The notes: generated by a model not told the origin, from the letters alone. DNA of 20,599 bases from an uncultured archaeon (GCA_964513765.1 CAZEPC010000034.1:1-20599), one strand, 5' to 3'; positions 6,728 to 14,682 are shown, counted from the stretch's first letter. A program made the numbers and translations.

Positions 6728-7015
6728 TTATTCTTCTTCCTCTTGTGCTTCCTCGTTGTCGTTATTGACAAATTCGGGGGGAATTACCTCAACTTCCTTG
6801 GCTTCAATTGTTCCTTCCTTTTTACCGGGCGCAATTTTGAATTGAACTCGAAGCTGGGGCAAAAGGGTTTTAAATCCATCCATAATAATGGAACTATAGT
6901 GGACGAAAATTTCCCGATTAGGGTCATCTTCCGGAATATCATCCCGGATAATAAACCCATATCCTTTTTTTGGAGAAAACCATTTGACCGTTCCCGTTTC
7001 TATTTCTTGACTCAT
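6728..7015 (-). CDS. Cold-shock domain protein (CspA family) with a loop insertion and an acidic C-terminal tail
   Basis: GTVKWFSPKKGYGFIIRDD carries RNP1 (KGYGFI) and EIFVHYSSI carries RNP2, then DGFKTLLPQLRVQFKIAPGKKEGTIEAKEVEVI. The tail is PPEFVNNDNEEAQEEEE. The track ORF starts at a TTG (7024); the ATG at 7015 (MSQEIETGTVKWF) is the likelier start. Confidence 0.88.
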   Translation of the reverse strand: MSQEIETGTVKWFSPKKGYGFIIRDDIPEDDPNREIFVHYSSIIMDGFKTLLPQLRVQFKIAPGKKEGTIEAKEVEVIPPEFVNNDNEEAQEEEE

Positions 7016-7169
7016 ATCATCCAAACCTTCATATTAGTAAGAGTATTAATATTAACTTTTCCTTTGGATTTAAAAAATTTTTCTCCATATTTTCTAAATG
7101 AAACGATCAAATTCATAAAAATTCAAAAAACCTTTAATTTTCCCTTCTCTATTAAGATAGGAGAAGATT

Positions 7170-7565
7170 ATGAAACTTAAAGCGGAAATATCGGATTTAA
7201 AAAAAGTATTGGAAGTTGTTGGGACTTTAGAAGCAAACCCCGAACATGGAACGACCGCGGTAGCTATTCGAGAAAGCGAAATCGGGTCAAGTTATTCTGC
7301 CCGAGTGGGTGTAGGAAAAGTAAGTGCTATAAGTCAGAGATATTTTGAAATTAGGGGGAAAGTCTTTGATGATACATATCATAAATTCACAGATTCAATC
7401 CTGAAGATTGAACCCAAGGAATTAGCATCTAGTAGAGGAGAAAAATACACTTGCGCACTAGTTGACGAGAAAATCATCCGAAAAATGACCGAGGCTTCTT
7501 GGGATGACTCATTTAATGGTATTGATGATTTAAAAGAAATTCTTCAGGGATTAAAAAAAGAATAA
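7170..7565 (+). CDS. Hypothetical protein, 131 aa, no recognisable motif
   Basis: Clean ORF with non-repetitive composition. GGAG lies 8 nt upstream of the ATG (ataGGAGaagattATG). Antisense frames are closed. I could identify no family. Confidence 0.6.
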   Translation: MKLKAEISDLKKVLEVVGTLEANPEHGTTAVAIRESEIGSSYSARVGVGKVSAISQRYFEIRGKVFDDTYHKFTDSILKIEPKELASSRGEKYTCALVDEKIIRKMTEASWDDSFNGIDDLKEILQGLKKE

Positions 7566-7587
7566 AATTTTCATTTTTCCTCTAATT

Positions 7588-7594
7588 AAAAAAA
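7588..7594 (-). terminator. Oligo-T (T7) immediately after a G/C clamp, downstream of sepF
   Basis: The minus strand reads gtgtaGGGGGCTTTTTTTaattag, beginning ~5 nt after the sepF stop. The same spacer serves the convergent 131-aa gene. Confidence 0.4.
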
Positions 7595-7604
7595 GCCCCC
7601 TACA

Positions 7605-7967
7605 CTAAAAACCGAATTTATCGTTAGGGGCAACAATTATTTTTCCTCTATTGAGCTTGGATATGGATCCTCCGTGCTGAAGACAATATTTTTTGATAAG
7701 ATTCAATTGTTTTTGAAGAGGTCTCCTATCTTTCGTGGGACCATTTGCTAAATTTACCAAATTGTTTAAATTTACGATCATTATATTTCCATTTAGCAAT
7801 TCATGTCTCAGCAGCATGAAATCTCTATTTGATTTTATTTTAATTTGTTTAATAAAGATTCTTTTCTCAAGATCAGGTACATTAAGATTTCCATCGTCCA
7901 AGGCAGCATCTCTGTCTTCCTTGTTCCTTTTTTTATCCTTTGATTTAGTCCATGAAAATAGTCCCAT
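7605..7967 (-). CDS. sepF: SepF-like cell-division protein (FtsZ membrane anchor, DUF552 fold)
   Basis: The N-terminal amphipathic MGLFSWTKSK resembles a membrane-targeting helix, and a charged linker follows. The core is IFIKQIKIKSNRDFMLLRHELLNGNIMIVNLNNL...LIKKYCLQHGGSISKLNRGKIIVAPNDKF. This is collinear with the SepF pattern (strand, helix, x-G-x-hydrophobic-VNL, ..., GG-x-I-x-K/R-hydrophobic, ..., hydrophobic-x-P-x-N/D). Confidence 0.6.
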   Translation of the reverse strand: MGLFSWTKSKDKKRNKEDRDAALDDGNLNVPDLEKRIFIKQIKIKSNRDFMLLRHELLNGNIMIVNLNNLVNLANGPTKDRRPLQKQLNLIKKYCLQHGGSISKLNRGKIIVAPNDKFGF

Positions 7968-8064
7968 TGTTATCTCAATTTAGAGTAAAACAAGCATGTA
8001 TTAAAATAAGTTATAATATGTAGATAAGATCATATTAATTTGAGGTAATCACGAAATATTTTCA

Positions 8065-8637
8065 TTAACTTTCTTTATCCTTATTCTTATCGATATTCCT
8101 CTCAAAATCGGTAATTTTTGCCCTTTTCTCCAATAATTCAATGAATTGATCGATATTTAGAAAATAACCTATATTGGGATGGATAAGGATTTGATTCTCA
8201 CTTAAAATTATAAATTTCATCTTCTCCAGAGCCTTTAAGTCATTCATAAGGTTTTTCTTTTTTCTAACCTCTTTAACTTGATCCACAGAAACACTTGATG
8301 CTTGAGTTAAACTGACTGCAAGAACCGCACATAAGGTTGCCGCCAATTTTGGTTTATCATGGAACGGATTTGCTTGAAAGAATTCTTGAATTTCTGAATC
8401 TTGAGTGATAAACCAATGATTGTTAAATGGATTTTTCTGTATATGAAGTCCAAAAGCACGGAGATTTTTGGAAACTTCTTCCAATAGAGAATAAAATCTG
8501 ATGGATGCTGATTTACCTGTAAATTTTAACTTTTTACAGATTTCTTTTTGAGTTGCCCCCAAAATTTCTGTATTTTTAAGTGAAGAATTCTCTCTCTTTT
8601 GGGTGAGTAAATGAATAAGTATGCTATATTCGTTCAT
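8065..8637 (-). CDS. ScpB-like KITE subunit (tandem winged-helix) of the SMC complex
   Basis: 190 aa, a typical ScpB size. WH1-like: ILGATQKEICKKLKFTGKSASIRFYSLLEEVSKNLRAFGLHIQKNPFNNHWFITQ. WH2-like: LAATLCAVLAVSLTQASSVSVDQVKEVRKKKNLMNDLKALEKMKFIILSENQILIHPN. It starts 23 nt after the kleisin-like gene, preceded by a GTGAT SD-like motif. Sequence similarity is weak; the call leans on architecture and synteny. Confidence 0.5.
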   Translation of the reverse strand: MNEYSILIHLLTQKRENSSLKNTEILGATQKEICKKLKFTGKSASIRFYSLLEEVSKNLRAFGLHIQKNPFNNHWFITQDSEIQEFFQANPFHDKPKLAATLCAVLAVSLTQASSVSVDQVKEVRKKKNLMNDLKALEKMKFIILSENQILIHPNIGYFLNIDQFIELLEKRAKITDFERNIDKNKDKES

Positions 8638-8660
8638 CTTGGAATCACTTTGTTATTTTT

Positions 8661-9314
8661 TTATTTCCTGGCATGGATTTTTCTTTCTTCTTTATCATAA
8701 TATAAATAACCTTTTTGAATAAGGTGCAAGAGGTATGTGAAATGTTCGTAATATTGATCAACATTTTCAAATCTCCTAAGTATTTCCTCTAATGTGCTAG
8801 GTAGATCTTTTTTTATTTTTTTAAAGAAGATATTCAAGTTCTGTTTGAAGGTTGAATCATCTACATTCAAAATATCTCCGGTTTTCTGCTTAAAATCATC
8901 AGGTACCGAAAGTGAAGTTGTCTTATTTCCTTTTTTCTTTCTCTTGACTAATTTTTGAAAGCTCTCCATTAAAAATGACATGGAAAAATGGGGAATGGAA
9001 AATGGGTTTTGGTAGGATTGTGTGATATAATGGGAGAGTTTCCCGTCCTCTTCAGTATTTTGAAGAAGGGTATATATTTCCTCCTTTTTATTTAGGATGA
9101 GTATGAATTTTTCAAATTCTGAGATCTTTTTTTGAAGTAATCCAGTTCCTCCCTCCATTAGATTTATAGATTCTCTAAGCTTTTCAGGGGTGGTAATATT
9201 TTTTAGATCCAAAAAAATCTTCTTTAAATCCTCATCTAAAATCGAAATCTTTCCCTCGGAAAATTCATTTTGAATTTTTTGTATTTTTTTGAGGAGTTTT
9301 TCATAGGAACTCAT
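8661..9314 (-). CDS. ScpA-like kleisin subunit of the SMC complex
   Basis: 217 aa. The N-terminus EKLLKKIQ...EGKISILDEDLKKIFLDL resembles the ScpA N-terminal helical motif. The middle is charged and low-complexity (KRKKKGNKTT). The C-terminus LEEILRRFENVDQYYEHFTYLLHLIQKGYLYYDKEERKI fits the kleisin C-terminal winged helix (hydrophobic-x-x-FLALLEL-x-K-x-G-x-hydrophobic pattern). The ATG lies 13 nt after the smc stop. Confidence 0.45.
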   Translation of the reverse strand: MSSYEKLLKKIQKIQNEFSEGKISILDEDLKKIFLDLKNITTPEKLRESINLMEGGTGLLQKKISEFEKFILILNKKEEIYTLLQNTEEDGKLSHYITQSYQNPFSIPHFSMSFLMESFQKLVKRKKKGNKTTSLSVPDDFKQKTGDILNVDDSTFKQNLNIFFKKIKKDLPSTLEEILRRFENVDQYYEHFTYLLHLIQKGYLYYDKEERKIHARK

Positions 9315-9327
9315 ATATTATCACGGA

Positions 9328-12300
9328 TTATTCTGATTTTTCTGTTGTGAATTTGGTATTTAACACCATACTGCACCCATATTTTCCATTCTTGCAGACC
9401 CCAATTACTTTATCTGCCAATTGTATGAGAGTTTTAGACTTGTCGGGCATAAGAATCATAAATTGATATCCATTTTTAGTAAGGTTATGGATAAGTTTGG
9501 CCACAGTTTGTGCATTATCGGGATCCAAAAACATTTCTATTTCATCATAAATATTAAACGGGGATGGATTCAATTGATTTAAGGAAAGCATTAAACAAAT
9601 CCCAACCATTGACCTTTGACCGCCGGATAAACCCGAAAGCTTTCGAGTGACAGGCTCCCCGGAAGGGGTATGGAATGTTGTATTGATGGCCACACCAAGC
9701 TCTTTAATCCCACCTTGCAATTCAATATTAGCAGAGAATCCCAATTCCGCTTCCGTAAATTTGTCATTAATCTGTTTTTCAAGATTTACTAATGATTTCG
9801 AATATTTTGTATAATATTTATCCTCAAAATTTTGTTCCGTGTTTTTTGCGGCCTCTATCTCCTCTAAAATCTCGCTCTTTTTATCAGAAATAATCTTTAT
9901 GGTTTCCTTTAATTCATGTCTTTTCTTAAAGAGGCTTCGGTCTACATCTCTATACTCTTGAAGTTCTTTATTTTTCTTGTCAATTTCTTCTTGAATTTCC
10001 TCTAAGCTCCTTTCCGATTTCAATTTCTTTTTATTATCCGCCTCTTGGATTTTCTTTCGAATCCTTTCCAGCTTTCCTTCTTTTTCTTGAATATAATCAC
10101 GAAAATTTTGGGTATCTGTTTGAATTTTATATAATTCTAAGGAGAGCTGTTCTTTTTCTTTGACTTTCTCTTTTTTTTCATCCTCTATCTCTTTGATCTC
10201 ATCCTTAATGGCCCCCAACTCATTTTCTAAATCCTCTATCTCATCGGTGAGCTTCATATTTTTATTGATAAGTTTCATAAAATTACTGTCCATATTTTCA
10301 AGCTTCCTCATGAGATCGGTTTTTTTCTCTTCTAAAAATTTCAATGTTGTTTTTGCTGTTATGAGTTTATTATTTACATCTTGTAGTTGTTCATTGTTAT
10401 TTTCTTTCGTGGTGATAAATTCTTCCAAATCATTCTTAATTGCTTTAATTTCTTCGGGGATTTCATTTAATCTTTTTTGATCTTGATAGATATCTTTGGG
10501 TAAATCAGCTTTAATATTTTCGAGATCTTTTTCAATTTTCTCTAACTCTTCTTCAATGGCATTTATCTCATCATAAAGACTCTCTCTTTTATCTATATAG
10601 CTGTCCTTCGTGTTACTATGAATTTCCATCTTTTTAAACTTATTTAGAAGCATTCCTAAAGATCTTAATCTTTTATCAATTTTCTTACCTTTTTCCTCTA
10701 AATTTTTCTTTTTTTCCATTCTTTGGTTGTATAACTTGCGGTTTTTAGAGGCTTCCTCCTCTAATTTTTTCAGATATTGCTTGGTTTCTGCTACACTAGA
10801 AAAGCTGAATGAACCTTTCTTTTTTATAAAGGGCCGTGATTCAATTACAAGGTTCTTGGGTCTGATCTGTTCCCCATCTAACGTCACAATCCAACCTTTG
10901 TAATTGTATTTTTGGATATAATTGGTGCCCACCACATTATCTTTTACCACCAGGGTATTTTTTGCCCTAGAATGGACAACTTTTTCAATTGCTGGATCTT
11001 TGTGGAGTATTCGAATTTTATTTACTAAATAACCTAAGATACCTTGCTGGCCAGCATTTTTTGGTTCGGAGAGTTTTCTTACCTTCCGGTTTCTCTCCAT
11101 ATAAATATTGATTCTCGCACCACAATCTTGTGCGATTCTCTTGAGCCGATAGAATGCCTCATTATTTCTAGCAATAAAGCTATACAATACATGATAGCCA
11201 AAAATTGACTTAATTGCCTGTTGGAATATATCGTTGAAAGAAATGTAATCTATAAGGGGTCCAACACATTTATGATGCATATTTCTTTCTCTAATTGTTT
11301 GCATCATTTTTTGAATAGATTTTGGTTTTGGCATATCTTTACTGTACACAGATTTTTTAACTTCATCCATTTTTTTGGTTATTTGTGTATATTTGTCTTG
11401 GAGGTGATCCAAATCATCCTCGAGAATATTGATGGTATTCCGGTATTTCTTAGATGCTTTTTCATATTTTTCCTTCAAATCCTCGCTGGGATTTTTCATA
11501 AACCATTTATAATCCTCTAATTCATGCCGAATTTTCTTGATATCCGCCAATTTATTGTTAATCTTTTCTTCATATCCCTTGTGTTTTTTCTCATTTTCTT
11601 TTTTCTTTGTTTGGAGACTTTCTTTTAGTTGCTTCTTTTTCTCTAAATCTAAGATGAGATCTTGATACTTTTGTGATTTTTTAATTATTTCCTGTTGTTC
11701 ATTTTCTAATGTTTCGATGGAATTTTCCGAGGAATCTATGGATTTTTGGATTTTTTTTATTTTTTCCTCCAATTTATCATATTCAATCTGGAAAGCTTGG
11801 ACTTCTTCTCTTTTTTCATGGATTTTTTCCTTGGATTCATTTATCTTTTTTCCGATATCATTTTTTTCCTGGTTGTATTTTTTAACCTTATTTTCAATGA
11901 CTCCCTTTTCTGCTTTCTTTTCGGAAATTTCCTCAAAGAGATCCTCATTATTTGATTTTTTTTCTCCTAAGTCTAATTCAAAATCTTTGATCTCTTTTTC
12001 AATTTTAAGGATTTTTTGTTGTGTTTCATTAATTTTATTTTGGTTATCCTTAATTTTCTTTTCATATTTATGAATTTTCTTTAAGATATTTTTCCTCTGG
12101 ACCCACAAGAGTTCATTTTTCAGTCCCTCAACCTCTTTTTCCAGTTTGAGTTTTTCTTTTAATTTTCGGATTTTGGGTTTTAGGGATAAAATTTGGAACT
12201 GAAGATTTTTCTTTCGCGCTTCAAGTGCCTCATGATCCCTTTTCAATTCTTCGACCTTATTTTTCTGATCCAAGATCCTTTTTCTAAGGGTTGATAATCC

Positions 12301-12843
12301 AATACCCCCTTCAATAAAATCACATAAGGTTTTCTCATCAAAATCCTTAATCTTATCTATGTTTCCTTGTGACATAAAACAGAAAATATTCTCGGGTGAA
12401 ATTCCAATTTCATCCACAAATTTTACTATTTTGCTGCTGGTGGATCTTTTAAATTCTTCCTCTCCCGGTTGCTTAAAATAAAATGAAGGGCTACTTTTTC
12501 GGTGAACCCTTCGCTTAATTCCATATTTTTTTCCATCAACATCAATAAAAAGCTCCACATAGGCAGCGTTTTCCCCGTCCCGAATAAATTCGGACCATTT
12601 GGTATATCTTCCATCATAATTATTGCTTCCAAGTGCAAACTTGATGGATTGATAGATTGAACTTTTTCCTGCACCATTTGGCCCATAAGCAATCGTGAAT
12701 TTGGGATGGAGTATGATTTCTTCATAATCGAAGGATAGAAAATTATTTGCCACAATCTTCGTAATTTTGATTTTTTGTGGTTTTAGACCATCTCCGGTTG
12801 AATTAAAAAGACTTTCCGATATTGAATCTTGAATTTTTTCCAT
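9328..12843 (-). CDS. smc: SMC-family chromosome-organisation ATPase (1171 aa)
   Basis: Walker A is YGPNGAGKSS (nt 12661-12684) and the Q-loop is FMSQGNI. Two long K/E-rich coiled-coil arms flank a globular hinge at aa ~505-685, with no CxxC zinc hook: CVGPLIDYISFNDIFQQAIKSIFGYHVLYSFIARNNEAFYRLKRIAQDCGARINIY...WIVTLDGEQIRP. The signature motif is LSGLSGGQRS (9616-9630) and Walker B/D-loop is PFNIYDEIEMFLD (9523-9558). GAGGAG lies 13 nt upstream of the ATG. Confidence 0.9.
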   Translation of the reverse strand: MEKIQDSISESLFNSTGDGLKPQKIKITKIVANNFLSFDYEEIILHPKFTIAYGPNGAGKSSIYQSIKFALGSNNYDGRYTKWSEFIRDGENAAYVELFIDVDGKKYGIKRRVHRKSSPSFYFKQPGEEEFKRSTSSKIVKFVDEIGISPENIFCFMSQGNIDKIKDFDEKTLCDFIEGGIGLSTLRKRILDQKNKVEELKRDHEALEARKKNLQFQILSLKPKIRKLKEKLKLEKEVEGLKNELLWVQRKNILKKIHKYEKKIKDNQNKINETQQKILKIEKEIKDFELDLGEKKSNNEDLFEEISEKKAEKGVIENKVKKYNQEKNDIGKKINESKEKIHEKREEVQAFQIEYDKLEEKIKKIQKSIDSSENSIETLENEQQEIIKKSQKYQDLILDLEKKKQLKESLQTKKKENEKKHKGYEEKINNKLADIKKIRHELEDYKWFMKNPSEDLKEKYEKASKKYRNTINILEDDLDHLQDKYTQITKKMDEVKKSVYSKDMPKPKSIQKMMQTIRERNMHHKCVGPLIDYISFNDIFQQAIKSIFGYHVLYSFIARNNEAFYRLKRIAQDCGARINIYMERNRKVRKLSEPKNAGQQGILGYLVNKIRILHKDPAIEKVVHSRAKNTLVVKDNVVGTNYIQKYNYKGWIVTLDGEQIRPKNLVIESRPFIKKKGSFSFSSVAETKQYLKKLEEEASKNRKLYNQRMEKKKNLEEKGKKIDKRLRSLGMLLNKFKKMEIHSNTKDSYIDKRESLYDEINAIEEELEKIEKDLENIKADLPKDIYQDQKRLNEIPEEIKAIKNDLEEFITTKENNNEQLQDVNNKLITAKTTLKFLEEKKTDLMRKLENMDSNFMKLINKNMKLTDEIEDLENELGAIKDEIKEIEDEKKEKVKEKEQLSLELYKIQTDTQNFRDYIQEKEGKLERIRKKIQEADNKKKLKSERSLEEIQEEIDKKNKELQEYRDVDRSLFKKRHELKETIKIISDKKSEILEEIEAAKNTEQNFEDKYYTKYSKSLVNLEKQINDKFTEAELGFSANIELQGGIKELGVAINTTFHTPSGEPVTRKLSGLSGGQRSMVGICLMLSLNQLNPSPFNIYDEIEMFLDPDNAQTVAKLIHNLTKNGYQFMILMPDKSKTLIQLADKVIGVCKNGKYGCSMVLNTKFTTEKSE

Positions 12844-12863
12844 TTTTTTCCAGTACTCCTCTT

Positions 12864-14636
12864 TTATTTTATATCTGTAACGATATTAATATGTAAGATT
12901 TTTTCAATTCTTACCTTCGCATCATTTAATTTCTTTAAAGCTAACTCGGGATCAACCTTCAGCAAAAAAGGGTAATCTGCCAACGTTTTTCTATCTATTT
13001 CATGTAATATATGTCCTTTTTTCAATTTATCAAGGGCAATGCTGATATTTTGGTAGTCTTTAGAGGCTGCATCCAGATACATTTGGTTTTCAAATTCTTT
13101 CACCGTAGAGGGGAAGATATTGCCCCCATCAAGGGAATCAATGGTTTTCTCGTCCTTAATAATACCAAATGATCGTTCCGTTTTAGATCTGCTCTCTTTT
13201 TTAGAATTCCTTGAAGCTTTTCTCCATTGAAAATCTTGTTTCTCAATTAAATTTTGTAAGAATGAAGTATCTAAGTTCAGTTCTTCTGTCGGATTTTTAA
13301 ATTGCTCTAAATTCTTGTTCAAGATAACCTTTTTTACAAAACCTCTTATATCAGCTAAACCACAATCTTCGATGTTAAGTGAAATTTGTTCAAAATCGAC
13401 TTGTTGATATAAGTTCTTCTTACTATACTGTTCAAAACAAAACTCTAAAAATTCGCTGCGGATTTTTTGGTTAGGATCTTGTATATCTAATTTTACATAC
13501 TCACTTTCTACCATTTCATAGTCTTGTTTATTTTGTTTCAGATCCTGTAGAATGATTATGAGATTTAATTTTTGGATATCAATTTTACTAATTTTCTCCA
13601 ATAAGGAGGAGATAAAAAAATGTTTGGAGAAAAACTGTCCGTTTTCTAAAACCTGATTGGGAATTTGGTCGATAATGTTTGAGTATTCTATGAGAGGAAT
13701 ATAGAGTAGAAATAGATCCTTTTGATATTCTTTGTCATATTGAGTATTTTCCTTTTGGACTTTGTTTTTAATTTTGTTGTTTTTTTGAAGAAAGATTTTA
13801 GAAATTTTCCTTTCTAGATACTCTAAATTTTGGAAGATTCTTGAAAAGAAATTTGTGAAGTTTAAAGTATAGCTCTCTATTCCATTTATCGCAGAATAAG
13901 AACGTAAAAATCTTTGAATTTCATGCCCCCGGGAGCTAAAAAGTATTATTTTCGGTTTGTACCATTGAGATAGATCATCAAAATTTTCATCCCATTTTCT
14001 CTTTTTTTCAATCTGAGATCTTTCTCTGCCCTTTGTTTTTTCCTCATTTAAACGAGGGGTGTTTTTTTCCGTATTATCTTCTTCTTCATTCTCCGGAATT
14101 TCTTTCTGTCTTTTTTCTTTTTTCTTTTTATTCTTTTGATTTTTACCCTCTGAATCTTTGATTTGATCTTTTCCATCTAGGTTATCTTTATAATTTTCCT
14201 CTTGTTCACTTTTCTTTTCATCTTCTTTAGGCTCCTCCCTTTTAAAATCTTCTCTATTAGGTCCTTGCTTTTTAAGACTTAATTTATTTGTATTCGAGTT
14301 AATCTGCTCCTTTTTGAGAAATCTCTGGGATATTTCAAGAATATTGTATAAATCTTCATAAAGGGGAAAATACCCTTTTATTGAATAATCCACGTTCATA
14401 GAGTTATTATAAAGGAGATTGAGAATCTCTCTTTCTCTATTTTGTTGATTTTTACTAAGATTTGTTCGTGATTGACCACTATGATGTTTGTATATTAAGG
14501 TTTTTGCATTTTTTTCTTTCTCCATAGAAAAATCCATGGTATTTTCTTGTAATTCAACCTTTCCCTTTTTTTCTTTTTCAGATTTCTTATTTGATCCATC
14601 TTGGGATTCTGTCGGACCCTTCTCCTTTTTGTTCAT
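12864..14636 (-). CDS. Degenerate (pseudo-)AAA ATPase-fold protein with an N-terminal helical region and a ~110-aa K/E/N-rich disordered linker; first gene of the SMC operon
   Basis: Residues ~226-440 are collinear with a classical AAA module, but the catalytic motifs are lost. KPKIILFSSRGHEIQRFLRSYSAINGIESYTLNFTNFFSRIF stands in for the consensus PKGVLL-x-GPPGTGKT-x-LAKAVA...F. DLFLLYIPLIEYS replaces hhhhDEID. LNLIIILQDL...VKLDIQDPNQKIRSEFLEF...VDFEQISLNIEDCGLADIRGFVKKV stands in for the consensus sensor/lid region i-x-x-P-D-x-x-x-R-x-x-I-L...G-x-S-G-A-D-I. The linker (aa ~105-215) is EEPKEDEKKSEQEENYKDNLDGKDQIKDSEGKNQKNKKKKEKRQKEIPENEEEDN. Confidence 0.55.
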   Translation of the reverse strand: MNKKEKGPTESQDGSNKKSEKEKKGKVELQENTMDFSMEKEKNAKTLIYKHHSGQSRTNLSKNQQNREREILNLLYNNSMNVDYSIKGYFPLYEDLYNILEISQRFLKKEQINSNTNKLSLKKQGPNREDFKREEPKEDEKKSEQEENYKDNLDGKDQIKDSEGKNQKNKKKKEKRQKEIPENEEEDNTEKNTPRLNEEKTKGRERSQIEKKRKWDENFDDLSQWYKPKIILFSSRGHEIQRFLRSYSAINGIESYTLNFTNFFSRIFQNLEYLERKISKIFLQKNNKIKNKVQKENTQYDKEYQKDLFLLYIPLIEYSNIIDQIPNQVLENGQFFSKHFFISSLLEKISKIDIQKLNLIIILQDLKQNKQDYEMVESEYVKLDIQDPNQKIRSEFLEFCFEQYSKKNLYQQVDFEQISLNIEDCGLADIRGFVKKVILNKNLEQFKNPTEELNLDTSFLQNLIEKQDFQWRKASRNSKKESRSKTERSFGIIKDEKTIDSLDGGNIFPSTVKEFENQMYLDAASKDYQNISIALDKLKKGHILHEIDRKTLADYPFLLKVDPELALKKLNDAKVRIEKILHINIVTDIK

Positions 14637-14670
14637 TCAATCTTTCCCTAATTCTTATTCAAATCTCTCT

Positions 14671-14682
14671 GTATTAAAATAT
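14671..14682 (-). promoter_or_regulatory. Candidate TATA box for the AAA-like/smc/scpA/scpB operon
   Basis: The minus strand reads gATATTTTAATACagagagatttgaataagaattagggaaagattgaATG. The TATA-like element is centred ~41 nt upstream of ATG 14636. Confidence 0.3.

Noticed and set aside
7053-7062. Perfect 10-nt palindrome TTAATATTAA in the csp / 131-aa-gene divergent spacer
   Set aside because: Short all-A/T palindromes are expected by chance in sequence this AT-rich. It occurs once and has no phased partner.
6743-7180. 145-aa plus-strand ORF
   Set aside because: It is a shadow ORF antisense to the cold-shock gene that continues through the AT-rich divergent spacer. It has no motif and a low-complexity F/I/N composition.
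7735-7983. 82-aa plus-strand ORF
   Set aside because: It lies antisense to the sepF-like gene and has a low-complexity F/S/L composition.
10160-12073. Several plus-strand ORFs (10160-10480, 11221-11520, 11717-12073, 11746-11955) rich in S/F/L/I
   Set aside because: These are antisense shadows of the K/E-rich SMC coiled-coil arms. AAG/GAA/AAA codons leave the opposite strand free of stops.
8065-14636. SMC/kleisin/KITE cluster as an anti-plasmid or anti-phage system (Wadjet/JetABCD, Lamassu or Mks-type)
   Set aside because: There is no Toprim/JetD-like nuclease and no other effector gene. The order is smc then kleisin then KITE, not jetA-B-C-D. The kleisin and KITE sizes fit ScpA/ScpB rather than JetA/JetB. 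The flanking genes are housekeeping (malQ, sepF), with no mobile-element or island signatures.
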